A stretch of DNA of 64,000 nucleotides from Anthoceros angustus (GCA_010909165.1 MU008172.1:1116001-1180000), one strand, 5' to 3'; counted from the stretch's first letter, positions 27,655 through 40,850 are shown. Notes: generated by a model not told the origin, from the letters alone. Program-made: numbers and translations.

Positions 27655-30613
27655 CTCCCCCTTCAAGCTAAAGCTACTTACCGATGCCAAGATCCGAACG
27701 AAAATGTGCAAACTTTGCGCCGCTGAGCGCCTTGGTGAAGATATCCGTCACCATCTCCCCGGTGCGGAGGTATGAGATCTGAATCACGCCTTTGTCAACT
27801 AAATCGCGCACATAATGAAAGTGTATGTCCTAGTCCTGCGTTGCCGCCACGGCAATCAAGGTTTGCAAGCTGTACATGCGAACTACCGAGGAGAAGGTCT
27901 CCTCGTAGTCCAGCCCTTTCACTTGAGTGAAACCGCGAGCCACTAGTCTCGCCTTATGCCTTTCCAGAGATCCGTCAGCATTATACTTCTTCTTGAAAGT
28001 CCACTTGCAGTCGATGACTTTTCTCCCGGGTGGCAAATCAACCAACGTCCAAACGTTGTTTTCAAGCATCGAATTATACTCAGTACGAATAGCTTCATTC
28101 CAGAACTCACCTTCAGGTCCGTTTCGTGCTTCCTCAATTGTGAGCGGATATCATCTTCGAGAAGAAAACACCATTCGTCCGCCACCATGTTGAGTCGGGC
28201 ATTCTCGAGGACCTTCCGCAAGGCCGAACCCTTGTCGACCGCCTCGAATAGCCGCTTGGTTCGCCCTCCGCATCCTCCAATGCCGGAACTAACTCCTCAA
28301 CTTGCCGCAAGCTCTTCCGAGTTTCCTCCTCAGAATTCCTCGGAACAATAGGTGGTATGACCTCACTTGGGATGTCCTCACCATCACCCTCCGGTGTGTG
28401 GTGATCCTCTTTGTCATTGGTGGATCCGGACAAGGAAGGTGTCTGGATAAACTCGTAGTCGAGGTCCGTGTAAATGTACCGTTTCCGTGATGACTTCCAA
28501 TGTTGTTCTCAGCGAACACGACATCAGAACTTTCATGCATCTGCTTGCTGACGGGATCCCACAATCTGTAAGCCTTTCGCTCATTCGCATAACCAATGAA
28601 GATGCACTTGATGCTTCTGTCGTCCAACTTCTTCCGCAATTGCTTAGGAACATGCACATATGCTACACAGCCAAACACTCTCAAGTGTGAGACATTTGGT
28701 TTCTCACCAAACCAAGCTTCATGGGGTGTCATAGAGCCACCTAGCGCCATGGTAATTGACATATTTTGTATGTGTACCGCCGGTGCCACTGCATCTGCCA
28801 AAAAATTTTGGCATCCTGCTTTCCGCTAGCATACTCCTAGCGCCATTGCAGATGGTACGATTCTTCCGCCGATCCTCGCTATGGCGTGTACCTTGTCACA
28901 ATCGCCTCTCAATTCCGGCATTGCATTCATCCTTGAAGAGTTTACTCAAATACTCTCCTCCCCCATCAGTTCGAAGTTTCTTCAACTTCTTTCCGGTTTG
29001 TTTCTCCGCAGTCGCCCTGAACATCTGAAACTCTTCTTCCGCAGGAAGTACATCGCTATTCTCCTGCTGTAGTCGTCGATAAACGAAATATAGTATCTCG
29101 CCTGTATCATCCTTGCTTCCACTTGCATTGGTCCGCAAAGATCAGAGTGGACAAGTTCCAAGACTTCTTTTGCTCTCTTCGTGATAGAAACATAAGACCT
29201 ACGGGGATGCTTGCCTTTCATACAAGCGTCACATAGACCAAGTTCTGCCTTCTGGAGCTCCATGCCTGTCACGAGCTTCTTCCGCTCCATCTCCAGGAGA
29301 AACTTCAAGTTGGTATGCCCAAACCGCTATGCCACAAGGCATTTCCACCTTTCTCCGACATCGCCGTAACCTCTTGGTCGTGGGGAACCTCCATCCGTAC
29401 AAGTTCTCAGACGGTGGCCTTTTACCACCACATCGCCGTGCATCTGACCATTCTTCAGAAACAAAACTTCCTTCTTTGTAAAAAGGACCTGCAGACCTGC
29501 ATCGGTCAATGGTGCCAGACATGAGATTTTTACGTAGGTTCGGTACAAACAGCGCTCCTTCCATTGCCTTGACCTCGCCGTCGAGCAATCTGAGCCTGTA
29601 CTCCCCCACACCCTCAACGCTTATCTCGCTATCATTCCCTAGGCGCACCGCTGTCTTCTCCCTCCTGTAGTCTGGAAGGAGCTCCTTATCCTTCACCATA
29701 AAGGATGTACATGCAGAATCTATCGTCAGGTATCATTTCGCTTGTGTAGCACGCTGCGGCGATACTTCTTCTGCGAGCGTTGCCTCCGCAACCTCACCTT
29801 TACTCTCACCCTCCGTGAGATGTGCGGTCTTCCGATCCTTGCAATCCTTCTCATAATGACCATACTTGAAGCATTTCCAGACCGCCCCTCTTCACTATTC
29901 TCTTGTCCTTCCGTCTCGCGAGGACTCCCCTTGTCCTTGTTCCGGTTGTTCCGCCCTTCCCTTGATGAACATCGCATGCTCCGGACTGAAGATCCCGCCA
30001 TTGGCCCAATCAAGGCGAGTCTCCTTCGCCAACATCTTAGAGGTGACCTCCTCCCATGTGAGAGTGTCTTGGGCTATTAGGAAATCTATGAACCCCGACC
30101 AAGCTTCGCATAGAACGATATAGAAACATCTTCTGTATGTCCTCCTGGATAGCAAAGCGCTCGTTAGCGATGCTAGCGTCAGAACATTCGTGAAAGGTGT
30201 CGATGTGCTTTCGCAAATCGCCTCCTCGAATACTTCAATGTCACACGACAAAACAAGTGAAATACTTCACCGCTCCTTCGCCATATTTCTCATTGAGAAG
30301 ATTCCAAATGTACTCCATGCCCTTGTCCGGTTCTCCGACCTTCACTGGACCGCCAGAGAGATTCATATAGGAGAGTCAGACTTGTGGTCTCTCCGCATCC
30401 ATTCTCTCGCCTCTCCCTCATCTTCGGTTTCGCTCTTGCCTCAATGCCATACGCCCTCCGCCATCGCGTAACCTTCATGGACCTTTTTCCATACATGGAA
30501 CTCCGCTCCATCAAACACCCGCCCTCAAGGCCGCGGTGGTTACTGAGCCCATCGCCATCACAACTCCGTCCTCTCTTATCAAGTCTCGCGATTAGTGTTC
30601 CCGCCTAATACCA

Positions 30614-30866
30614 TGTAAGAACTAGCTCGACACAACACAACCGGCAACGCATGTGATCAACACACATGCATACGGAGGCAATGAATGGCACACGCAATAG
30701 CACCACCGGCTTAGATAGGCTCCACAAGACATCAATATGGCGCATGTAGCTACATATATAGCCCTTAGGCTAGGCAACTATCGAGGAGGTAAGCCCTAGA
30801 CTCGAGTGCAATATCCTAGTATATCGTAATATACTAGAGTAAGTAGCATAGGATTGAATCTCAACA
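30614..30866 (-). repeat. Copia 5' LTR, copy 1
   Basis: Homologous to 27385-27654. Followed on the minus strand by PBS-like TGGTATTAGGCGG (30601-30613, resembling tRNA-iMet TGGTATCAGAGC) and flanked by TSD ATGTG. Confidence 0.9.
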
Positions 30867-32036
30867 ATGTGCTACCGGACATTGTCCCAACATCACTCAA
30901 AACAAAACTTCCTTCTTCGTAAAGGACCCGCAGACTGCATCGGTCAATGGTGCCACACGACATGAGATTTCTACGTAGGTTCGGTACAAACAGGCCCTTC
31001 CATTGCCTTGACCTCGCCGCCGAGCAACCGAGCCTGACTCCCCACACCCTCGACGCCTATCTCGCTATCATTCCCTAGGCGCACTGCCTTCTCCCTCCGT
31101 AGTCTTGAAGGAGCTCCTTATCCTTCACCATAAAGGATGTACATGCGTAATCTATCGCCGTGTATCATTTCGCTGTACGTAGCACGCGTGCGACATTTCT
31201 TCTCACAGCGTTGCCTCCAAACCTCACCTTTACTCTCACCCTCCGTGAGATGTGCGGTCTTCCGATCCTTGCAATCCTTCTCATAATGACCATACTTGAA
31301 GCATTTCCTGACCGCCCCTCTTCACTATTCTCTTGTCCTTCCGTCTCGAGGACTCCCTTGTCCTTGTTCCTTGTTCCGTCCCTTCCCTTGATGAACATCG
31401 CATGCTCCGGACTGTTGAAGATCCCGCCATTGGCCCAATCAAGTAGTCTCCTTCGCCAACATCTTAGAGGTGACCTCCTCCCATGTGAGAGTGTCTTGGG
31501 CTATTAGGAAATCTATGAACCCCGACCAAGCTTCGCATAGAACGATATAGAAACATCTTCGTATGTCCTCCTCGGATAGCAAAGCGCTAGTCGAGAAGGC
31601 ACATTCGTGAAAGGTGTCGATGTGCTTTCGCAAATCGCCTCCTCGAATACTTCAATGTCGCCACACGACAAAACAAGTGAAATACTTCACCGCTCCTTCG
31701 CCATATTTCTCATTGAGAAGATTCCAAATGTACTCCATGCCCTTGTCTGGTTCTCCGACCTTCACTGGACCGCCAGAGAGATTCATATAGGAGAGTCAGA
31801 CTTGTGGTCTCTCCGCATCCATTCTCTCGCCTCTCCCTCATCTTCGGTTTCGCTCTTGCCTCGGCAATGCCATACGCCCTCCGCCATCGCGTAACCTTCA
31901 TGGACCTTTTTCCATACATGGAACTCCGCTCCATCAAACACCCGCCCTCAAGGCCGCGGTGGTTACTGAGCCCATCGCCATCACAACTCCGTCCTCTCTT
32001 ATCAAGTCTCGCGATTAGTGTTCCCGCCTAATACCA

Positions 32037-32294
32037 TGTAAGAACTAGCTCGACACAACACAACCGGCAACGCATGTGATCAACACACATGCATACGGAG
32101 GCAATGAATGGCACACGCAATAGCACCACCGGCTTAGATAGGCTCCACAAGACATCAATATGGCGCACAGGGTGCTACATATATAGCCCTTAGGCTAGGC
32201 AACTATCGAGGAGGTAAGCCCTAGACTCGAGAGTGCAATATCCTAGTATATCGTAATATACTAGAGTAAGTAGCATAGGATTGAATCTCTAACA
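32037..32294 (-). repeat. Copia 5' LTR, copy 2 (part of a duplication)
   Basis: Same LTR, PBS, TSD and host flank as copy 1. Confidence 0.9.
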
Positions 32295-32405
32295 ATGTGC
32301 TACTGGACATTGTCCCAACATCACTCCGAAAACAACAACATCACTCCGAAATCAGAAGGCACATTCGCAACAGTGAAAAGATAGCCTGTTGCTGAAAGAG
32401 GCAGG

Positions 32406-34249
32406 TGTCGCGCCACAGCCGCATAGCAGGCATGAATACACATGTTATGCCATCAAAAAGATTCAACCACTTTCTACAGGACTTCGTGAATCACACCCAC
32501 AACCACATGAGTCACTACATCCGCATTCACACAACGCGCATAAATGGCAAAAATCACTCCATTTGAGCGGCTCTCCTCCTATGCACACACCACACTGGAT
32601 CACACACACCAAAAAAAACGCCTCGATCCGTCTGTTCTCTTGAATCGACATCAACAATCCACTCTAATGACGGATTGTCGACTTTTGTAGCCTACACCGC
32701 CGATCTTAATCACCGCCCGAATTCAAGGGCCGTGATCACGCCCGCACACGCCGGAGATCTTCGCCACGAGCCTTAATTATGCTTGTCCAGATTCTAAGCG
32801 TATGGCTCATGCCATGATGCCATCCTATCTCTACACTCACGCCATCACATTTACAAGATATGCATGCGCCTGGTGCCTACACCACTTATCCCACACACTT
32901 ACACCGACACACACACGTTATCACACCTGTGTCCTACCGCCTATCCTACCTCTATATGCCATGACAATGGCGCCACAGCCGCATAGCGGCATGAATACAC
33001 ATGTTATGCCATCAAAAGATTCAACCACTTTCTAAGGACTTCGTGAATCACACCCACAACCACATGAGCTGTCACTACATCCGTACCACAACGCGTACAA
33101 ATGGCAAAAATCACTCCATTTGGAGCGGCTCTCCTCCTATGCACACACCACCGCTGGATCACACACACCAGGTGCACCGAAAAACGCCTGGGATCTGTCT
33201 GGCTGTTCTCTTGAATCAGACATCAACAATCCGCTCCCAATGACGGATTGCTGACTTTTGTAGCCTACACCGCCGCCGATCTTAATCACCGGCCCGAATT
33301 CCGAAGGGCCGTGATCACGCCCGCACACGCCGGGAGATCTTCGCCGCTCAGCCTTAATTATGCTTGTCCAGTATTCTAAGCGTATGGCTCATGCCATGAT
33401 GCCATCCTATCTCTACACTCACGCCATCACATTTACGATATGCATGCGTGGTGCCTACACCACTTATCCCACACACTTACACCGGACACACACACGTTAT
33501 CACACCCGGTCCTACCGCCTATCCTACCTCTATATGCCATGACAAGTCACCCAACGCAGAGCAGTGCATGGATACACATGTTATGCCATCAAAAGATTCA
33601 ACCACTTTCTACAGGACTTCGTGAATCACACCCACAACCACATGAGTCACTACATCCGTACCACAACGCGTACAAATGGCAAAAATCACTCCATTTGAGC
33701 GGCTCTCCTCCTATGCACACACCACACTGGATCACACACACGTGCAGAAAACGCACGATCATGCTTTATTCTCTTGAATCGGACATCAACAATCCACTCT
33801 AATGACGGATTCGACTTTTGTAGCCTACACCGCCGATCTTAATCACCGCCCGAATTCAAGGGCCGTGATCACGCCCGCACACGCCGGAGATCTTCGCCAC
33901 GAGCCTTAATTATGCTTGTCCAGTATTCTAAGCGTATGGCTCATGCGGCCATGATGCCATCCTATCTCTACACTCACGCCATCACATTTACAAGATATGC
34001 ATGCGTGGTGCCTACACCACTTATCCCACACACTTACACTGGACACACACACGTTATCACACCCAGGTCCTACCTGCCTATCCCTACCTCTATATGCCAT
34101 GACAACTGTCGCGCCACAGCCGCATAGCAGGCATGGATACACATGTTATGCCATCAAAAAGATTCAACCACTTTCTACAGGACTTCGTGAATCACACCCA
34201 CAACCACATGAGCTGTCACTACATCCGTACCACAACGCGTACAAATGGC
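32406..34249. repeat. Terminal repeat array (+ strand): Y 32406-32548, X 32549-32966, Y ~32967-33105, X 33106-33544, Y ~33545-33680, X 33681-34104, ac, Y 34107-34249
   Basis: A ~565-bp Y+X unit repeated three times plus one extra Y (~143 bp) adjoining the element body. Confidence 0.92.
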
Positions 34250-35300
34250 CCCCCTGCCAAAGTCGGGCTGCTCGAAAGAACTGGTTGCGTTGTGTAAGTA
34301 CCACTTTGGCACTCATATGCCATAAAATCGCCGATAAAACCTCCGGAACATGCCGTCTCGAAGCTGTGGTTCAGACGGTTTATCATGCTCCATTCTTCCT
34401 GTGGCCAACAGCGCGGCCACACGCCGATCTTCTGGGTCAAAATATTCATCCACCTGCGCTTTGCCCAACCGCACCCGCTCCTTGGCTCAATGGCGAGCCA
34501 TGAGCTCCTCCTCTTCATCACTATCCGGTTCAGTCTTCACTCGAGGCAGCTGCGGGCCGTTCAAACCATTCACATAATATTGTTTTTCTATACACTGAGC
34601 CCTAAGAAACTCCCCCACATTGTCGTTGAGCAGATACCAAGATTCCAAAGTGGCCTCATCCCATTCCAACACTCCTGTGCGTAAGCAAGCAAACACCCTA
34701 TAAAAAGCTCGCGGGTAACCAATGGCAAAACGCCCCGCTTTCTCCCTATGCAGATGACTTAACCACACTTTCGACTTCAAATCACCGGCTTCTTTGTGCT
34801 CGACATTAAGAACCCTTCGTGGCCAATGATCAAACACCTGATGCATGAACAGATGATGTTCCAGTTTTCGGAATGCCCCTTCACAATAACTGGTCCATAC
34901 GAAGCTTTGCCTGTTCATGCCCCTTCCTGCCAGCTCAAAAAGATCTCGATGATCATAAGGAAAACTCTCAATGTTGCAGATCTCATGATGTGATTCTACA
35001 TACAGCAAAAATGCTTGCAACTCCAGAAATGTCTCGGGTCATTCGGGCTTGCCAGGCTGATACTTCCTTACCAAAGGCGTTTTCCATTTGTCTTCCCATG
35101 GCCTGTCTGGAAACTGTGGAACACTTGTGCTCATTCTCCGGAAGCATGACTTGCAAGTGTGGTCCGCTTCCATATCCATGTCAACCACCTGTGTTGATCC
35201 CAATGGGAATCCTTCACTTGATACTCTTTACAATTTGGAAAACGGGTGCCGCTAGTGTTGGTCAAACAACCATATGAACTGATTGATTTCTGGAAGACTA
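34250..35300 (-). pseudogene. Extra ORF of unknown function downstream of integrase; longest open segment 34487-35020
   Basis: 177-aa protein-like segment (FLLYVESHHEIC...YPRAFYRVFACL...KTEPDSDEEEE) in the element's sense orientation. Boundaries uncertain. Confidence 0.5.
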
Positions 35301-36084
35301 CCTATGTTTGCAACTGGCTTTGCAAAGCGAGTGTCAGGCCTGTTAATCAACACAAGCTATCCTGATTGAAATGACTGAATTCCAACTTCATCTCACCTGT
35401 GAGTCGTTCAGTCACTGTTACTTGCCGTTTATGCAGCAAACAGACCATGCACCCTCCACTGCTCGTGCTCATACCCAGATGCTTGATGCCATGACCACCC
35501 TAGCATCTGTTCTCCACGCCCCAGTCCTTCTGTGATCACCTCCTTCTCACTCGTCACTTGAGCTGCCTAGGGTCCCCATCTACAACCTACAACCTGACAA
35601 CAATTTGGATGATCGTTAGTCGTGCGCTCCGGCTACCTGATGCTCCATGTCAGACGCTTCCGCACTGGAATAAATCACCGCGGCGAATCGCCTTCCCGCA
35701 CACCCACACGGGCGGTTGCCGCAATCGGCCTCCTCCCGACATGCACTGTGACAACTCACAATCGCTTACCTTCCTCGCACCGCCTCTTGAGAACCGATGC
35801 ACTCAACACATGTACTTCTCCAGCAGATCTCCGACACTTCTCCAAGAAATCGCTGAATTCCCCAACCAACCGCAGAATCCTCTTGTTCCCGCTAATCCGT
35901 TGTTTACACTTGATCGCTCTCGCGCTTGCCGCCCATACTGCATGCCTCACATAACCCGTGTATCAATAAGGCAAATAACGGGCTTTATAGGCCTACCCTT
36001 CTTATTGACGTTCTTCGCACACCCACACTCTGAGTGCGTGTTTCATTCGGCCCCCCAGCTTCCTTTCGCCCTAACTTTTCCATC

Positions 36085-36230
36085 GTACATTTGTGACAAA
36101 ACCATTCTCCTTCTGGAATCGCCTTCAACGGTGGCCGAAGACAAAAGACATGATACCCTTGGTTGCACTGATCACACAATAGCATCAGTTCAGGATCAGT
36201 GATTTGACCACATTGTTCGCATGGCAGGTC
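36085..36230 (-). other. PHD finger at the integrase C-terminus
   Basis: CEQC...MLLCDQCNQGYHVFCLRPPLKAIPEGEWFCHKC is a complete C4HC3 PHD finger. Confidence 0.95.
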
Positions 36231-36397
36231 AACAGGTGGCTTCCATGCCTGTGGTTGTATCCGCGTGTCAAGATTCGGCAAGTGGCACGGGGCCAGATGC
36301 CGCATATGTTCCTTGCACCGGCGCCCGTCTTGCCCTTCCAACTCGATGACCCCTTGCTCACCAACGTTCACCACTCACAAAATTAACCGTCCCGTGC

Positions 36398-37300
36398 TCA
36401 CGTCCAAAGTACCAGAAGGACGGTGTTGCAAATAAAGTCACCTATTTCGAACTTTCTGGCCTTTGGTTTCCATGATCCTCCTCGTGTGAATGCGTACCTC
36501 AGCTGATCTCGGTGTTGCGCGATAGCCAGATTGTCCATTGCCATGGGTATCACCCGTTGTAACAACTTGGCCCAGTTTCGCAACTCTGAGCAGCATTCAT
36601 TCACATTTTGTGTCCAATCCACTGGTTTGGAATACGTGTCCGCCACTATGTTGGGTAGCACAACATTCCTGCCAAACATGATATAATAAGGATCAAGTTG
36701 CCTGTGGCTGCTCAGACATCGATTCTCAGAGCCCAAGGCAACATACGGTAGTAACTCATCCCAACAGTTAGGCTCGACCTCCGTGCAATACTTGCGAAGA
36801 GCATCCTTGAAAGTTTGCACCTTTCGCTAAACCATCACCGAGGATGATCCCGGATGCGCTATGATCTATCAAACTCCGATCTAACAACGCTTGGAATTCA
36901 CCAATTCGCTTCTCGATCCGTCAAGACCTCCGCATGCCTTCCATACCGCCAAAACACACTGTAGGAAAGCCCGTGCCGTGAACTGTGAAGTTCTGACTGG
37001 AAGGAAGGCCAATTCCACCCACTTGGAGAAGTGTTCTATCATAAGCATACAATGCTTGTTGCCTTGCTTGGTCAATGGTAGCTCGCATGAGGTCAACGGA
37101 CCATCGAAAGAACAATCCCGAATGGGCAGCGAATGCAACACCACATCCCGGCCGTTGAACCTCGCTTAACCGCATCAAGCAAAGACACCTTGCCACCACT
37201 CGCCGACATCTAATACATTCCTGCACCAAAATACGCACTCTTCAGCATATGATGCGTCCTTTTTACACCGAAATGCCCAAGTGTCTTGTGCACTTTACTC
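36398..37300 (-). pseudogene. Gypsy integrase (Zn finger + rve core), frameshifted
   Basis: HKTLGHFGVKRT, WSVDL, MIEHFSKWVEL, QTFKDALRK...WDELLPYVALG, PYYIMFGR, NLAIAQHRDQLRYA. Confidence 0.9.
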
Positions 37301-37619
37301 ACTATCTGTTCTCGTTCCTCTATAGGAGGAACCACTTTACACACTCCATGATCCGTCATTAATAACTTACCATCCCTCCATGTGTATCTCATGATTTTCC
37401 GTCGTAACTTTTGAATGGCGGCAGCATCCAGTCCAACTACCTGTCCTTCCTTCAATAGCTGAATAGCATGCCCATACTTCCATATGTCTCGTCCTCCCTC
37501 ATTGAGTTGTTTTCTTCCTTCCTGATGTGCGGCCATGAGTGCCATATACATGCTCGGCATGTAACGAGTATACCCAAAATCCTACCGCGCACCGGTCGTA
37601 TCCTTGTTATCAGACACTG

Positions 37620-37960
37620 GGTTTCTGCTAAGTCCATCAGCATTGTGGTGTACTTTGCCTGCCCGATGTACTATATGCATATCGTATTCTGACAGTAGCA
37701 ACGCCCACCTTGCGAGCTTGCCACTCAACTTCATGTTCATTAACAACAACGGCCGTGATCACGAGTTGGAAGCTCCGAACAAATAAATTAAGTGTAGAAC
37801 CGCCCCACACCAGCCTAAACATTCAATTAATGATGAGTAATTGGCTTCCGGAGTTGTTCGACCTACTGCATACGCAATCACTCTTTCTCTTCCTTCCTAA
37901 TCCACCTGCAAGGACGATTCCAGCTTGCACCCACTCAGATATGAGTGAATGGTTTGTCAA
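37620..37960 (-). pseudogene. Gypsy RNase H, frameshifted
   Basis: Fragments VIAY..RSN, DH..L, GKLARWALLLSEYDMHIVHRAGKVHHNADGLSRNP across frames. Confidence 0.85.
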
Positions 37961-37965
37961 AATCA

Positions 37966-38585
37966 GGCCGCTTGAGCATAGGCCTTTCTGACAACTGGTC
38001 CTTTAACTCTTGCCAAGCATGTTCATGTTTCGCTCCCCGCAATCGGACTCCCTTCTTCATCGATCACACTTTTGCAAGTGCGCTCATGTTTTGATGAATC
38101 GATGATAATAGTTGACGAGTCCTAAGAATGCTCAACGCGACGCCCTTGGTCTCGCATAAGATTGACACCTCGCACTTTGCTAGTTGCGGCAAAGACGCCT
38201 CCGCACAATCTTGTGACCCGATATTCTATCTCCTTGTAAGCAAACTTGCACTTCTTTGATGTGCCTTCCCCGTAACCGAAGCCTCTGCAGCAATGTTTCG
38301 AGGTGTTGAATGTTCTCCAAACCGTCGCGAACACTAAATGTCATCAATGTAACACTCACGAATGGCAATCCTTGCAACTCCAAGTCTCGCCACCACGAAG
38401 TAGATGGGCGCCAACCCAAAAGGCATCGCCTCCCATTCCCACAACCGTTTTGCCCCAAGGCCGTTTTGCATTTGTCTTCTTCCTCAATGACGATTTGATT
38501 GAAACCAGAGCTAAGTCCAACGTCAGAAATACTTGGCTTCAACGCGCCAAAGATTTCATCCGGGGTAGGCATGGGATATCGATCC
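37966..38585 (-). pseudogene. Reverse transcriptase, copy A; further copies at ~39135-39745 and ~40950-41575
   Basis: RYPMPTPDEIFDAIGEAKYFTTLDFRSGFNQI...KTAFW...MPFGL...CYIDDI...KCKFAYKEIEY...LRAFLGLVNYYHRFI, consensus of the copies. Confidence 0.92.
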
Positions 38586-39939
38586 TCGCTCGATCTTCAC
38601 ATATTTTCCATACATGAGTTGAATGCCCACTGCTTTTCCAATTGCTCCGCACTATTTGCAGATTTGTGTACTTGTCCCGACGGTTTGGAAACTCTCCCTT
38701 CACCCATCATCCATGCGACCTTCCTTTCTTGTCGACTTGCGTTAGTGGCTATTCCCACACTCACCAACCATTGCACACAAGTCGATCAAACGCTTGTCCC
38801 AAGTTTACATCCGAAGCTCGACACACCTCGCGTAGGTGCCGCCATCACAAACCCATCGCTGCTCGCCTACGATCGTGGGCTCCCCCACTTCCTCACCATT
38901 CATATTCAATACCATGCCCGCCCCACCTCGGCGAAGGCATATGACACCGACCAAAGGTGGGCCATGCTCTCCGGGCTCACCCACAATGTTGACAGGATAA
39001 TGTGGCAGCGTGTCCATCCTATTCACGCCACTGCCTCGCCTCCTCAAGGATCCCATCCAGGTTCCGCTTGCTTGGTGTGGTTAAACTTTGCCCGAGTATT
39101 TCCACACTCGCAATGTTCGCCCAAAATCAGCCGCTTGAGCATAGGCCTTTCTGACAACTGGTCCTTTAACTCCTGCCAAGCATGTTCATGTTTCGCTCCC
39201 CGCAATCGGACTCCCTTCTTCATCGATCACACTTTTGCAAGTGCTGCTCATGTTTTTGATGAATCGATGATAATAGTTGACGAGTCCTAAGAATGCTCAA
39301 CGCTGACGCCCGTGGTCTCGCATAAGATTGACACCTCGCACTTTGCTAGTTTGCAGACGCCTCGCACAATCTTGTGACCCGATATTCTATCTCCTTGTAA
39401 GCAAACTTGCACTTCTTTGATGCCTCTTAACCGGATACGCAAGAATGTTTCGAGGTGTTGAATGTTCTCCAAACCGTCGCGAACACTAAATGTCATCAAT
39501 GTAACACTCACGAATGGCAATCCTTGCAACTCCAAGTCTCGCCACCACGAAGTAGATGGGCGCCAACCCAAAAGGCATCATTCCCATTCCCACAACTGTT
39601 CTTTGCCCCAGAAGGCCGTTTTGCATTTGTCTTCTTCCTCAATGACGATTTGATTGAAACCAGAGCGGAAGTCCAACGTCGTAAAATACTTGGCTTCGCC
39701 AATCGCGTCAAAGATTTCATCTGGGGTAGGCATGGGATATCGCTGATCCTCGCTGTTCAGATCTTCACATATTTTCCATACATGAGTTGACTGCCCACTC
39801 GTGCTTTCCACCTGTTCCGCACTATTTGCAGCATTTGTGTACTTGTCCTGACGGTTTGGAAACTCCTCCCCTTCACCCATCATCTGTATGCGACCTTCCT
39901 TTCTTGTCTGACTTGCAGTTAGTTGTGTGGCTATTCCCA

Positions 39940-40850
39940 CACTCACCAACCACTGCACACAAGTCAGATCAAACGCTTGTCCCAGAAGTTTACATCTGTA
40001 AGCTTCCGACACACTCGCGTAGGTGCCGCCATCACAAACCCATCGCTGCTCGCCTACGATCGTGGGCCCCCACTTCCTCACCATTCATATTCAATACCAT
40101 GCCCGCCCCACCTCGGCGAAGGCATATGACACCGACCAAAGGTGGGCCATGCTCCGGGCTCACCCACAATGTTGACAGGATAATGTGGCAGCGTGTCCAT
40201 CCTATTCACCTGTTGTGACTGTCTGCCCTCCTCAAGGATCCCATCTAGGTTCCGCTTGCTTGGTGTGGTTAAATCTCGGTGCTGCCTGAGTATTTCCACA
40301 CTCGCAATGTTCGTCCAAAAACTGCGGAGACGATGAGCGTATGACCCTGTTTGTACCGCGTCAATGATGAACTCCTCTCCCAGCCAGCTTCTGATCTTTT
40401 CATAGCTTTCTTTTACATGGTCTCTCTTGTCGAAAGCTCCGCAAACATTCTCGCAGTAAATACCAACATGCCGGATTGCACCGCTGCACTTCTCTCAGAA
40501 TCCGTGTTACTTCCTCCGCCAACAGACACCGCTGTTCTCGCCACGTCCAAATTTTGGAGAAGGTCTTGCACTCCCATCCCGCAATCACCATGTCAACCGG
40601 CATCTTATTGCCTCGGACTGCGTGCTTTTCCTACCAACATCACATCGGGAAGTCCGGTCCGCACCCTCTTACGGCTTCCATGCTCGAAGCTCGACATTTT
40701 TGTAGCTTGATAATCCCGGATTTGGCCACCGCCCGAGTCTTCTCATCAATCTCTACACACGTATACTCCGATCCGAATCCCACATCGAAACACACTCCCG
40801 CTACTAATTCCTGAACACAACTCCATGAGGTGAATTCCTTGTTCATGAGC
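39940..40850 (-). pseudogene. C5 cytosine DNA methyltransferase domain (DNMT3-like) inside pol, copy B, frameshifted in this assembly
   Basis: Motifs in canonical order: I IHLMELCSGISSG (~40801-40835), II YTCVEID, IV VDMVIAGWECK (~40566-40598), VI (L)ENV (~40445-40453), VIII IIDAVQTGSYAHRLRSFWTNI (~40306-40369), IX EPTIV...AMG, X RCKLLGQAFDLTCVQWL (~39947-39997). Confidence 0.9.

Larger units (their letters stand above)
27385..32294 (-). mobile_element. Ty1/copia LTR retrotransposon, internally deleted, with its 5' part duplicated
   Basis: TG...CA LTRs and 5-bp TSD ATGTG (27380-27384; 30867-30871 and 32295-32299). Order is gag, protease, integrase (LELVHSDLCGPM, YYISFIDDYSR, LRTDGGGEY, HLRVFGCVAYVH), RT start (WTLVDLPPGRKVIDCKW...KARLVARGFTQ), RNase H end (DIHFHYVRD...DIFTKAL). 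Confidence 0.96.
29459..32327. repeat. Tandem duplication, ~1.43 kb (copia gag-PR + 5' LTR + ~30 bp host flank)
   Basis: 29459-30898 recurs at 30899-32327, joined through 'aaaca'-type microhomology. It includes the TSD and flank, so it is not a second insertion. Confidence 0.93.
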
